64,000 nt of DNA, from the NCBI GenBank assembly GCA_934754475.1, contig CAKVHV010000001.1, forward strand, positions 251,670-315,669, read 5' to 3'. The notes beneath the pieces are model-generated. The model ran no database searches. It was given only the letters and a program-made list of their open reading frames with translations, and was not told where the DNA came from. Shown piece after piece: positions 20,685 to 29,754 of this stretch (position 1 is its first letter; each line of letters begins with the position of its first letter). The DNA comes from an uncultured Clostridia bacterium (lineage in GTDB: Bacteria; Bacillota; Clostridia; Christensenellales; UBA1242). Both the position numbers and the translations under genes were made by a program.

Positions 20685-21806
20685 ATGGCAGACAAGAATT
20701 ATTATGATATCCTTGGGGTTGGCAAAGATGCTAGCCCCGAAGATATTAAATCAGCATATAGAAGACTTGCCAAGCAGTATCACCCAGATATAAACAAAGA
20801 CCCGGGTGCAGGCGAAAAGTTCAAAGAAATTAACGAAGCCTACGAATGTTTGTCCGACCCACAAAAGAAGTCTAATTACGACCAATTTGGAAGTAGTTCT
20901 GGCCCACAAGGGTTTGGCGGATTTGGTTCAAATGGTGGCTTTGGTGGTTTTGGCGACTTTGGAGATTTGGGCGATATATTTGGAGATATATTCGGCTTTG
21001 GCGGAAGGTCAGCACAAAAAACAGGCTCTAGGGGTGAAGATTTACAAGTTCAAATAAATCTTTCGTTTGAAGAAGCAGTGTTTGGTGTCAAAAAAGATAT
21101 AATTGTGCCAAGATACGAGACTTGTTCTGCTTGTAGCGGAACTGGTGCAAAGAATGGCACTGAGTATTCAACTTGTTCCGATTGTCATGGAACTGGTCAA
21201 GTAAGGTATCAGACAAATTCGCCTTTTGGCAGTGTAATACGACAAGGTCCTTGTAAGACTTGTAACGGAACTGGCAAGGTTATCAAGGAAAAATGTTCGG
21301 AATGTGGCGGAAATGGTTACAAAAAAGTTAACTCAAATATTTCGGTTAACGTTCCAGCCGGAATTGATGATGGTCAAGTTCTTACAATGCGTGGAAAGGG
21401 TAATTGTGGCAAACGTGGTGGTGAAGATGGTGATTTGCATATCATTGTCAAGGTTAAACCACACAAATTGTTAGTTAGAGACGGATACGATTTAAGTCTC
21501 AAACTTTATGTACCTTTTTATACTTTGCTTCTTGGTGGCGAAGTCGAAATTCCTTTGACAAAGGGAACAACTACACTCAACATTCCAGAACTTACTCAAT
21601 CCGGTACTATATTTAAACTCAAAGGAAAGGGTATTAAGTATCTTAATCGTGAAACTTATGGCAATCTATCAGTTACTGTTGTTGCCGAATCTCCAAAATC
21701 TCTTAGCAAATCCGACAAGAAAGCAATTGAAGAACTAAGCAAAAATATCAAACAAGATAGTTTTGCTAGATACAAAGATTATCTCAAAGATATTAAGTCT
21801 TTGTAA
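20685..21806 (+). CDS. dnaJ: co-chaperone DnaJ
   Basis: J domain (YYDILGV...HPD), G/F-rich linker, four CxxCxGxG zinc motifs. Confidence 0.95.
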   Translation: MADKNYYDILGVGKDASPEDIKSAYRRLAKQYHPDINKDPGAGEKFKEINEAYECLSDPQKKSNYDQFGSSSGPQGFGGFGSNGGFGGFGDFGDLGDIFGDIFGFGGRSAQKTGSRGEDLQVQINLSFEEAVFGVKKDIIVPRYETCSACSGTGAKNGTEYSTCSDCHGTGQVRYQTNSPFGSVIRQGPCKTCNGTGKVIKEKCSECGGNGYKKVNSNISVNVPAGIDDGQVLTMRGKGNCGKRGGEDGDLHIIVKVKPHKLLVRDGYDLSLKLYVPFYTLLLGGEVEIPLTKGTTTLNIPELTQSGTIFKLKGKGIKYLNRETYGNLSVTVVAESPKSLSKSDKKAIEELSKNIKQDSFARYKDYLKDIKSL

Positions 21807-21853
21807 AAATTGTTTCACATAAAACAATCAAAAAAAATATTCCATAAAACAAA

Positions 21854-21883
21854 AATATCTCCACATAAGTGGGGATATTTTTT
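21854..21883. terminator. terminator hairpin between the convergent dnaJ and prs-like genes
   Basis: AATATCTCCAC-ATAA-GTGGGGATATT followed by a T run. Confidence 0.6.
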
Positions 21884-21921
21884 AGTATACAAAATTGATA
21901 ATTAAAATCATTTTAAGTTAC

Positions 21922-22704
21922 TTAAATTAAATCTTTAATGTCAAATACTTTTAGGTTGCCTAATTGTTGTTTATATAGGCTATTAGATGTATAAATTGCC
22001 TTGATTTGTGGGTTTTGGGTGAGTCTTAGGTTATATTTGTTATTTTCAAAATGTCCACAAACAATATAAATTTCAATGTTTTTTGGAATAGTGTCTACAA
22101 TATTTTGAATAGTGTCGCCAGTTGAAATTATATCGTCAATAATAATTATTCTCTTAGTGTTTTCAAGACTTCCAATCATTTGGAAACTGTCTATTAGCCC
22201 AGTACTAAGCGCACGTTTCTTTTCAAAATAGATGTAATTATTAGATAGATTTTCATATTTTTTCTTAGCACCCATATCTGGAAAACAAATCTTGTCTGAC
22301 TTAGTTAAGTTAATGTCTTCTTTAATTCTTTCAAATAAACTCTCTATAAGAGATATTTTGTTTGCATTATTAAAATACTCAAGTGAACAATGTGGCTCAC
22401 AAACAAATAATTTGTCTAATTTGAGTGAGTTTATTAATTTTGCTACAAGTTCAATAGTTTTGACTTCAATTTCGTTGTCTTTGTCCATTCTTTGATAAGG
22501 TAAGTAGGAGAGTGTAAGTTCAACTCTTATGTTTTTGGACTTGTAATATTCAATAAGCAAAATCAACTCAAAGAAACTAATTTGATTATTATACAAAATC
22601 TTTACACAATTATCTTTGACAAGTTTTAGTAGTTCTTCGTGCCTTAGTTTCATTTCTCCGCTTGAAAATCTTGGAATTTCATAGTCTATATCATTTATTA
22701 GCAT
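21922..22704 (-). CDS. short ribose-phosphate pyrophosphokinase (Prs)-like phosphoribosyltransferase-fold protein
   Basis: 260 aa. Prs-like landmarks FSSGEMKL, LSYLPYQRMDK (compare YARQDR), CEPHC, and the PRPP-binding loop IIIIDDIISTGDT. Shorter and more divergent than canonical Prs. Confidence 0.55.
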   Translation of the reverse strand: MLINDIDYEIPRFSSGEMKLRHEELLKLVKDNCVKILYNNQISFFELILLIEYYKSKNIRVELTLSYLPYQRMDKDNEIEVKTIELVAKLINSLKLDKLFVCEPHCSLEYFNNANKISLIESLFERIKEDINLTKSDKICFPDMGAKKKYENLSNNYIYFEKKRALSTGLIDSFQMIGSLENTKRIIIIDDIISTGDTIQNIVDTIPKNIEIYIVCGHFENNKYNLRLTQNPQIKAIYTSNSLYKQQLGNLKVFDIKDLI

Positions 22705-22775
22705 TAATTCACCTTCAAATTTTATTTCAACTATATATTAACATCAAAAAGCATTTTTGTCACTTGATTTTTACT

Positions 22776-22804
22776 TTGACAACTCCAAAATATTCTGTTA
22801 ATAT
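22776..22804 (+). promoter_or_regulatory. sigma-A type promoter of the pncA-like/NMNAT operon
   Basis: TTGACA, 17 nt spacer, TAATAT. Confidence 0.5.
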
Positions 22805-22808
22805 ATAT

Positions 22809-22830
22809 CTTAGAATTAGGATATTCTAAG
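22809..22830. promoter_or_regulatory. perfect 8-6-8 palindrome (candidate operator)
   Basis: CTTAGAAT-TAGGAT-ATTCTAAG, immediately downstream of the -10 box and upstream of the RBS. Confidence 0.35.
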
Positions 22831-22855
22831 TAATAATATCAAATTAGGAGTAAGC

Positions 22856-23419
22856 ATGGATTTATTAGTAGTTGTAGATATGGTCAAAGGTTTTGTTGAC
22901 CATGGTGCATTGGCTGACAAAAATATTAATAGAATTGTTGACGGGATTGTTGACAAAATTAATTTGTTTGTAGAAAAACAAGAACCAATTGTCGCATTTA
23001 AGGATACTCACGAAGAAAACGATATTGAGTTTGAGAGTTTTCCGCCACATTGTATCAAGGGTTCTAGCGAATGTGAATTAGTTGACAAGATTGCTAAGTT
23101 CGAAGACAAAATGATTGTTATTGAAAAGCCAACTACAAATGGATTTGTTACTAATGAGTTTCAAGAATATATCAAAAACCACACTTTTGAAAATATTATC
23201 ATAACTGGTTGTTGTACAGATATATGTGTTTTTAACTTTGCCAAATCTCTCAAAGAGTACTTGACTAAAAATAATTTGAATACAAATATTTTGGTGTATG
23301 AAAACTTGGTGGATACATTTAATGCACCTAATCATGATGCAAACTTGGTAAACATCGAGTATTTGAAAAAGTTGGAAAACCTTGGTGTATTGGTTATAGA
23401 TAACGAACATCAAATGTAG
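22856..23419 (+). CDS. pncA: isochorismatase-family cysteine hydrolase, probably nicotinamidase
   Basis: VVVDMVKGF (Asp) and ITGCCTDICV (catalytic Cys context); adjacent to the NMNAT gene. Confidence 0.65.
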   Translation: MDLLVVVDMVKGFVDHGALADKNINRIVDGIVDKINLFVEKQEPIVAFKDTHEENDIEFESFPPHCIKGSSECELVDKIAKFEDKMIVIEKPTTNGFVTNEFQEYIKNHTFENIIITGCCTDICVFNFAKSLKEYLTKNNLNTNILVYENLVDTFNAPNHDANLVNIEYLKKLENLGVLVIDNEHQM

Positions 23420-23436
23420 TTTCAAAGGAGTGATTT

Positions 23437-23934
23437 ATGAAAATCGGTGCATTTACAGGGAAATTTTATCCGCCACATATAGGGCATGTTAGTGCAGTGG
23501 AATATGCCTTGAAATATTGTGACAAAGTTATAATCGTAATTTCAAAAAACGATATTAGAAACAAACAAATTCTCAAAGACTTTGGCTTTGAACTATTGGA
23601 TGCAGAACTAATTAAAAGTTGGTTTGAAGAGTATTTTAAGGATAACGACAGGGTATCTGTTGAGATTTTTGACGAAAGCAATATGCGTCCTTATCCAGAT
23701 AGTTTGCAAGAATGGGCGGACAAATTTAAATTGCAGTTCCCACAAGTAAATGTCAAAATCGCTGATGAGAGTTACAAAGATTACAATCAAAAGTATTTTC
23801 CAGAATGTGAATTTTTAAGCCTTGATAGGGACTTAGTGCCTATTCATGCAACCGATTTGAGAAATGACTTAAAGAAGAATTTTGACTTTTTGATTCCTAC
23901 TGCCAAAAAGTATTTTGAAGATAGACTTAAATAA
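23437..23934 (+). CDS. NadR-type nicotinamide-nucleotide adenylyltransferase domain protein
   Basis: GAFTGKFYPPHIGH matches the GKFxPxHxGH nucleotidyltransferase motif of the NadR NMNAT domain. 165 aa, no ribosylnicotinamide kinase domain. Confidence 0.65.
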   Translation: MKIGAFTGKFYPPHIGHVSAVEYALKYCDKVIIVISKNDIRNKQILKDFGFELLDAELIKSWFEEYFKDNDRVSVEIFDESNMRPYPDSLQEWADKFKLQFPQVNVKIADESYKDYNQKYFPECEFLSLDRDLVPIHATDLRNDLKKNFDFLIPTAKKYFEDRLK

Positions 23935-23946
23935 AAGAAGATTAAA

Positions 23947-24675
23947 ATGAAAAGATTTTTTTTGAACCAACAACTTGAAGTTGGTCGTGAATACAAAATA
24001 GAAGGAATTGAGCATAATCATCTCAAAAATGTTTTGAGACTAAACGAAGGCGATAAAATTATCGCTGTTTGTGGCGATGATTTTGATTACATCGCTCAAA
24101 TTATTAAAATAACCAAAGGTGATACTATAATCTCAGTTCAAGACAAAACTCCAAATATTTCTAATCCAAAATCGGACGTAACAGTGTTTCAAGCACTAGT
24201 TAAATCCGAAAATATGTCGCTAATTGTTCAAAAACTCACCGAACTTGGTGTAAAAACTTTTGTGCCTTTTCTAAGCGAATTTATTACAAGCAAAGATAAA
24301 TCTAACAAATTTCAAAAGTTACAAGAAATTTCAAATCAATCAATCAAACAATGCAAACGAAGCAAACCAATGATAGTAAGTCCAGTTCTAAGTTTTAAAG
24401 AAGTGCTTTCAAATCTTAGAGATTACGACATCATTATATTTGCAAATGAATGTGAAAAAACTCACAATTTAAATGAGTTAAATCTAACCAAGGATAAGAA
24501 AATTGCAATAATTATTGGCTCGGAAGGTGGATTTAGTAGTAGTGAAATAGAAAGTCTGATTAATGCCAAAGCAAACTCAGTAAGCCTAGGAAAACGTATT
24601 TTAAGAGCAGAAACAGCATCAATTGGATTGACAGCGGTTGTTATGTATTTGCTTGGGGAGTGGGATTATGAATAA
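23947..24675 (+). CDS. rsmE: 16S rRNA (uracil1498-N3)-methyltransferase
   Basis: RsmE layout with the C-terminal IIIGSEGGFSSSEIE and LGKRILRAETA motifs. Confidence 0.85.
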   Translation: MKRFFLNQQLEVGREYKIEGIEHNHLKNVLRLNEGDKIIAVCGDDFDYIAQIIKITKGDTIISVQDKTPNISNPKSDVTVFQALVKSENMSLIVQKLTELGVKTFVPFLSEFITSKDKSNKFQKLQEISNQSIKQCKRSKPMIVSPVLSFKEVLSNLRDYDIIIFANECEKTHNLNELNLTKDKKIAIIIGSEGGFSSSEIESLINAKANSVSLGKRILRAETASIGLTAVVMYLLGEWDYE

Positions 24676-25918
24676 AGTTGTCATATTAACTTTGGGTTGC
24701 AAACAGAACAAGTACGAAAGTGATTGCATGGCTAATCTACTAAAAGATAATGGCTACGAAGTTACAGAGAATTTGGAGTTTGCAGACATTTATATAATTA
24801 ATACTTGTGCAGTTACAAGCGAAGCGGAAAAAAAGAGTAGACAATATATTTCCAAATGTCTCAAATTAAATGGTGATGCCAAAATTGTAATTTGTGGCTG
24901 TGCTAGTGAAAAAAATTCAAATCAATTTGATACCAAATCCAACGTATTTTCAATAATTGGAAACGAAGGCAAAGAAAAAATACTTGAATATATAAACAAT
25001 TCTATCAAGGAAAAAAATGAACTTTCAAAAGTTTACATTAGTCCACAAAACCCACAAAAAACCAGCACTAGAGAACATATCAAAATCCAAGACGGATGTA
25101 ATAACTTTTGTTCATATTGCATTATTCCTTATCTTCGTGGAAGGTCAAGGAGTAGGGATTTGCAAAGCATAGTTGAAGAAGCAAAGACTCTCTCAACTAG
25201 GTCAAAAGAAATTGTACTTACGGGAATTGACATAAGTAGTTTTCAAATAGACGGAAAACCCGCACTACCAAAACTACTAGACAAACTAAAAGATATTCCA
25301 AGTACAATAAGACTTGGCTCTCTGGAAGTCGGAGTTATAACCGAAGAACTTATGCAAGTCTTGTCAAATATGCCAAATTTTGCACCGCATTTCCATTTGT
25401 CTTTGCAGAGCGGTGACGACGAAATTCTCAAAAAAATGAATAGACATTATTCGTCTCAAGAATTTTTTGAAAAAGTTTGCTTAATTCGTAAGTATTTTCC
25501 ACTTGCAAATCTGACAACTGACGTAATAGTTGGCTTTGCAGGTGAGACAGAAAAACAATTTGAAAACACCAAAGAGTTTATTAAAAAAGTTGGTTTTTCG
25601 TTTGTGCATATTTTCCCTTATTCCAAGAGAGAAGGGACAAGAGCATATAATATGGAAGACTTGCCAATGAAAATCAAAAAAGAACGCGTGGATATTTTGG
25701 AAAAAGTCAATTTGGAACTACGACAAAAATATCTCAGTCAGTTTGAAAATAAACTCGGCACTATGCTCGTTGAAGAAAAGAAAGAGTTTTTCGAAGGATT
25801 TAGTCCTGAGTATATTAGATGCTATTTGGACTCAGACAAAGTCGAGCCGGGTGAAAAATATAAAATTAAATTTTTGAAACCATACAAAGATGGAATGAAA
25901 GTTGAACTTTGTAAGTAA
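24668..25918 (+). CDS. mtaB: tRNA methylthiotransferase MtaB (MiaB-like radical SAM)
   Basis: N-terminal LGCKQNKYES, radical SAM CNNFCSYCIIPYLRG, C-terminal TRAM-like region. Confidence 0.85.
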   Translation: MNKVVILTLGCKQNKYESDCMANLLKDNGYEVTENLEFADIYIINTCAVTSEAEKKSRQYISKCLKLNGDAKIVICGCASEKNSNQFDTKSNVFSIIGNEGKEKILEYINNSIKEKNELSKVYISPQNPQKTSTREHIKIQDGCNNFCSYCIIPYLRGRSRSRDLQSIVEEAKTLSTRSKEIVLTGIDISSFQIDGKPALPKLLDKLKDIPSTIRLGSLEVGVITEELMQVLSNMPNFAPHFHLSLQSGDDEILKKMNRHYSSQEFFEKVCLIRKYFPLANLTTDVIVGFAGETEKQFENTKEFIKKVGFSFVHIFPYSKREGTRAYNMEDLPMKIKKERVDILEKVNLELRQKYLSQFENKLGTMLVEEKKEFFEGFSPEYIRCYLDSDKVEPGEKYKIKFLKPYKDGMKVELCK

Positions 25919-25943
25919 AATATTTTGATATAGGAGAATAAAT

Positions 25944-26342
25944 ATGTGTATATTTTGCGATATAATTGAAGGAAAAATTCCTAGTTATAAGATTTATGAA
26001 GACGAAAAAACCTATGCTTTCTTGGATATTTCGTGTGATTATTATGGTCACACACTTGTAATTCCAAAGAATCATTGTGAAAACGTGTTAGATGCAAATT
26101 CAGACGACCTTAATGCTGTAATTAATACTATTCAAGTAATTAGTAAACATTACACAAAAGACTTGGGATTTGACGGAGTGAATATCTTGAATGCTTCGGG
26201 TGAAAGTGCAGAGCAGAGTGTTTTCCACTTGCATTTCCATATAATTCCAAGAAAAACGGGCGACGGACTTCATACTTATCCTAGTAGAGAGAAACTTGAT
26301 ATAAACTTGGAAGACGTCAAAAACAGACTTAAAATAGACTAA
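25944..26342 (+). CDS. hit: HIT family nucleotide hydrolase
   Basis: CIFCDII and histidine triad HLHFHIIP. Confidence 0.9.
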   Translation: MCIFCDIIEGKIPSYKIYEDEKTYAFLDISCDYYGHTLVIPKNHCENVLDANSDDLNAVINTIQVISKHYTKDLGFDGVNILNASGESAEQSVFHLHFHIIPRKTGDGLHTYPSREKLDINLEDVKNRLKID

Positions 26343-26419
26343 AATTGTAGTTTTTAATCAAAAAGACTTGACAATTACAAAATTTTATATATAATTAAGT
26401 AGAATAAAAACAAAAGTGG

Positions 26420-26611
26420 GTGAAAAATTTGTCTACAGTTAGAGTTGGCGAAACAGAATCTGTTGAAAGCGCTATCAAAAGATTTAAGAGAAAATGTCAA
26501 AAAGACGGCATTATCGGTGACCTTCGTAAACACGAACAATATGAAAAACCAAGTGTTAAGAAGAAAAAGAAACAAAAAGCCGCAATCAAAAGAAGCAAAA
26601 AAAGAGCGTAA
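26420..26611 (+). CDS. rpsU: 30S ribosomal protein S21
   Basis: VRVGETESVESAIKRFKRKCQKDGI...YEKPSVKKKKKQKAA is typical of S21. Confidence 0.9.
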   Translation: MKNLSTVRVGETESVESAIKRFKRKCQKDGIIGDLRKHEQYEKPSVKKKKKQKAAIKRSKKRA

Positions 26612-26623
26612 ATTAATTTCAAT

Positions 26624-26648
26624 GCACCAAATTATTTGGTGCTTTTTT
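26624..26648 (+). terminator. rho-independent terminator after rpsU
   Basis: GCACCAAATTATTTGGTGC followed by TTTTTT. Confidence 0.75.
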
Positions 26649-26949
26649 GTTGCTTTTTAATTTAAATTTAGAATTAATTTTTCATCATTAATTAAATATT
26701 TTAATAAGCCTTTATTTTTTTAGATTGTATTTATTTGAAATATTGTTTTTGCTTAAAATGATATTTTCAAACTATGTTTTGAGTGATTTTTCTAAATAAA
26801 ACATTATGTTTCAAAATACTACATTAAGTTATAAAATTTTGAATAACTTCTCAAAATGTAACAAAATTAGAATTTTAAATTTATTGTTAATTTTAGCCAT
26901 TTTTGTTAGACTTTAAGTGTTGAATAACAAAAAAGGAAATGAATGAAAA

Positions 26950-27306
26950 ATGAAAAATACTAGGCTCAAATTTTTGGCTAGTCTTGCCAAACAAAGATTA
27001 CTAAACAAGGATTATGATAATACAATAAGTCAAAACAAAAACAAAGCATCAAGTTATTTTTTGGAAAATGCTAGAGCGCTCAAAAGACTCAAAGCCGAAA
27101 CTAATTATGTGACAATCAAAAACGAAGAAGACCTTGAATTTGTTGAACATGTCAAGGAATTAATTAAGCAAGATTGCTATAATCCACTCAAAAAACTCAC
27201 AGATGATACTTATTTTGAGTCTTTGAATGAATTTGAAAAGGAATTTTATATCTTGAATTTAAGTGAAAAGTACACCAAAGTTCGTGAAGAAGTTATGTGT
27301 GGCTAA
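26950..27306 (+). CDS. hypothetical protein
   Basis: 118 aa, GGAAATGAATG RBS region, terminator hairpin downstream (AGATAAGTT-TATT-AACTTATCT followed by T run). No motif recognised. Confidence 0.5.
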   Translation: MKNTRLKFLASLAKQRLLNKDYDNTISQNKNKASSYFLENARALKRLKAETNYVTIKNEEDLEFVEHVKELIKQDCYNPLKKLTDDTYFESLNEFEKEFYILNLSEKYTKVREEVMCG

Positions 27307-27406
27307 AAAATATAGATAAGTTTATTAACTTATCTTTTTTATTGCTTTGAAAAGTCTTTGGGTTGTGCTAAAATATTAAATGAATAATTTACTGGAGACA
27401 AACAAA

Positions 27407-29746
27407 ATGGCAAATTTAGATACACTCAATCCCTTACAACAAGAAATTGTTATTAGTACCGAAGGCTCATATTTAGTTTCGGCAGGTGCTGGTTCGGGGA
27501 AAACAAGAATACTAACAAATAGAATTTGCTGTTTGATTGAAAAGGGTGTAAAACCTAGTAATATTTTGGCAATCACCTTTACGAACAAGGCAACCAAGGA
27601 AATGCAAGAAAGAGTAACTAGAATGACCGATGGCAATGCTTTTGGTCTAACGATTAAGACATTTCACTCTTTTTGTGCGGGGATTTTGAGAGAGTTTATT
27701 TATAAACTTGATGGCTTTGATAAATACTTTTCGGTTTATGATGACAAAAATCAAAAAGATTTACTCAAAAAAGTTATCAAAGATTTAAACGTCGACGAAG
27801 AAATCGCCAAAAAATGTGAGTATCATATATCTAGTGCCAAAAATTTGGGTCTTGACCCCGATGAATATCTCAAAGACAATAAATATGAACCAAACATAGA
27901 CACAATTGTTAGTGTTTATAGAGAATATCAAGCACAACTAAGGAACAATAATGCACTAGATTTTGATGATTTACTTCTCAAAACTTTGGAGTTATTCCAT
28001 ACTTTCCCTGGTGTTTTGGAGTATTTACAAGAAAAATATAAATATATCCACGTAGACGAATTTCAAGATACAAACTTAGTTCAATACAAAATTTTGTATA
28101 TGCTTGGAATTAAGTACAAAAATGTATTCGTAGTTGGTGACGAAGACCAATGTATTTATACTTGGCGTGGAGCAAATATAACTAACATTAAGTCATTTAT
28201 CGAAGACTTTAAGCCAAAAGTATATAAACTTGAACAAAACTATCGTAGCACAAAAAATATTATATCTAAGGCTAATTTACTAATCAAAAACAATATTTCT
28301 CGTATCGACAAAACCTTGTTTACCGAAAATGAAGATGGTGACGAAGTGTCATTCAAAGAGTGTTATGACGAAAAAGAAGAAGCGGAATATGTAGCAAATC
28401 AAGTATATCTTCTCAAATCACGTGGTGTTGACCCAAGAGAAATTGGAATTCTAATGCGTGTATCGTCTCTAAGTAGACAAATAGAAGAAAAGATGCTTAA
28501 CTACAATATCCCATATGTTACAAGCGGAATTTTTAAGTTCTTTGATAGACTTGAAGTCAAAAATGTCCTTGCTTATCTATCTATGATAGTCAATCCAAGA
28601 GACAATACAAATGTAACTAGAATTATAAATGTTCCAAAAAGGGGAATAGGTCAGTCTACAATAGACAAACTTGAGAGTATTTCAAGAGAAACTCATAGTC
28701 CATTAACCGAAATTATCGAAAACTTTAGAGAACTCGATATTTCTGCTACAATCAAAAACAAAATCGCCGATTTTGGAAATTTAATTACTGAATTTAAAGA
28801 AGCATACGAAAAGAAATCTTTGTCTGAGTTTGCTGAGTTTGTTATTAACGAAGCCGGACTCAAAGACATGTACAATACAAAATCCGAAGAAGATTTGGAT
28901 AGAAAATTAAATATTGAACAACTTATCTCGTCCATAAAAGAATACGAACATGAAAACGAAAATGCGACTTTGACCGATTATTTGGAAAGTGTAACTTTGC
29001 AAACTTCACTCGAAAAAGAAGATGATAATGAGCCATCGGTTTCAATCTCAACCATTCATGCAAGCAAAGGTCTTGAGTTTGACTATGTATTCTTAATTGG
29101 TCTTGAAGAAGGCAAGTTCCCACTAAGTAGAGCCTTAGATAATGCGGACGAACTTGAAGAAGAAAGACGTCTTATGTATGTTGGAATTACTCGTGCAAAG
29201 AAAAAATTATATATAACTCGAGCAAAATCTAGGTTTTTGTATGGTAGACGTGAAGAGACTATTTGTAGTAGATTTATCGAAGAAATGGGCATCAAAGTTC
29301 CAAAAAGACAATTTAGTAGTTTTTCGAGTGATTATGACGGCTTTGGCTCAAGTGATTACTATTCAAATAATTACAAAAGTAACTATAATTCACAATCAAA
29401 CTATTCAAATGGTTATTCAAACAATTATGGAAAGTCCAGTTTTGGCAATAATTTAAATAAGTCAAATTATAGTTTTGATTCGTCCTATAGCACCAAAAGA
29501 CAAGAATTTGGGGGAAGTTCAAATAATTTAAACAAACTCCAAAGCATGAATTCCAAAGTATCATCATCCAAAAAATTTGATGATTTCAAAGTCGGAGTTC
29601 AAGTATTCCATACCAAGTTTGGTGTTGGAACTATCATCAAAAGAGAAGATGCCGAAGGAAATAATTATGTATCAGTTGACTTTGGCAAAATCGGAGTTAA
29701 GACATTGTCTCTCAACTTTGCACCTTTGCAAATCCTTAAAAAATAG
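27407..29746 (+). CDS. pcrA: ATP-dependent DNA helicase PcrA (UvrD family)
   Basis: VSAGAGSGKTRILT Walker A, VDEFQDTN, QNYRST, TIHASKGLEFD, YVGITRA. Carries an N/S/Y-rich insert before the C-terminal FKVGVQVFHTKFGVGTI domain. Confidence 0.9.
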   Translation: MANLDTLNPLQQEIVISTEGSYLVSAGAGSGKTRILTNRICCLIEKGVKPSNILAITFTNKATKEMQERVTRMTDGNAFGLTIKTFHSFCAGILREFIYKLDGFDKYFSVYDDKNQKDLLKKVIKDLNVDEEIAKKCEYHISSAKNLGLDPDEYLKDNKYEPNIDTIVSVYREYQAQLRNNNALDFDDLLLKTLELFHTFPGVLEYLQEKYKYIHVDEFQDTNLVQYKILYMLGIKYKNVFVVGDEDQCIYTWRGANITNIKSFIEDFKPKVYKLEQNYRSTKNIISKANLLIKNNISRIDKTLFTENEDGDEVSFKECYDEKEEAEYVANQVYLLKSRGVDPREIGILMRVSSLSRQIEEKMLNYNIPYVTSGIFKFFDRLEVKNVLAYLSMIVNPRDNTNVTRIINVPKRGIGQSTIDKLESISRETHSPLTEIIENFRELDISATIKNKIADFGNLITEFKEAYEKKSLSEFAEFVINEAGLKDMYNTKSEEDLDRKLNIEQLISSIKEYEHENENATLTDYLESVTLQTSLEKEDDNEPSVSISTIHASKGLEFDYVFLIGLEEGKFPLSRALDNADELEEERRLMYVGITRAKKKLYITRAKSRFLYGRREETICSRFIEEMGIKVPKRQFSSFSSDYDGFGSSDYYSNNYKSNYNSQSNYSNGYSNNYGKSSFGNNLNKSNYSFDSSYSTKRQEFGGSSNNLNKLQSMNSKVSSSKKFDDFKVGVQVFHTKFGVGTIIKREDAEGNNYVSVDFGKIGVKTLSLNFAPLQILKK

Positions 29747-29754
29747 GAGAAAAT

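Noticed and set aside
20806-21057. 83-aa alternative-frame ORF in the dnaJ G/F region
   Set aside because: The GGN/TTY repeat region keeps other frames open; the DnaJ frame is unambiguous.
26612-26949. 338-nt AT-rich intergenic region after rpsU as a possible origin or ncRNA
   Set aside because: No DnaA-box-like motifs, no stable helices beyond the rpsU terminator and no repeats. It looks like plain promoter/spacer DNA.
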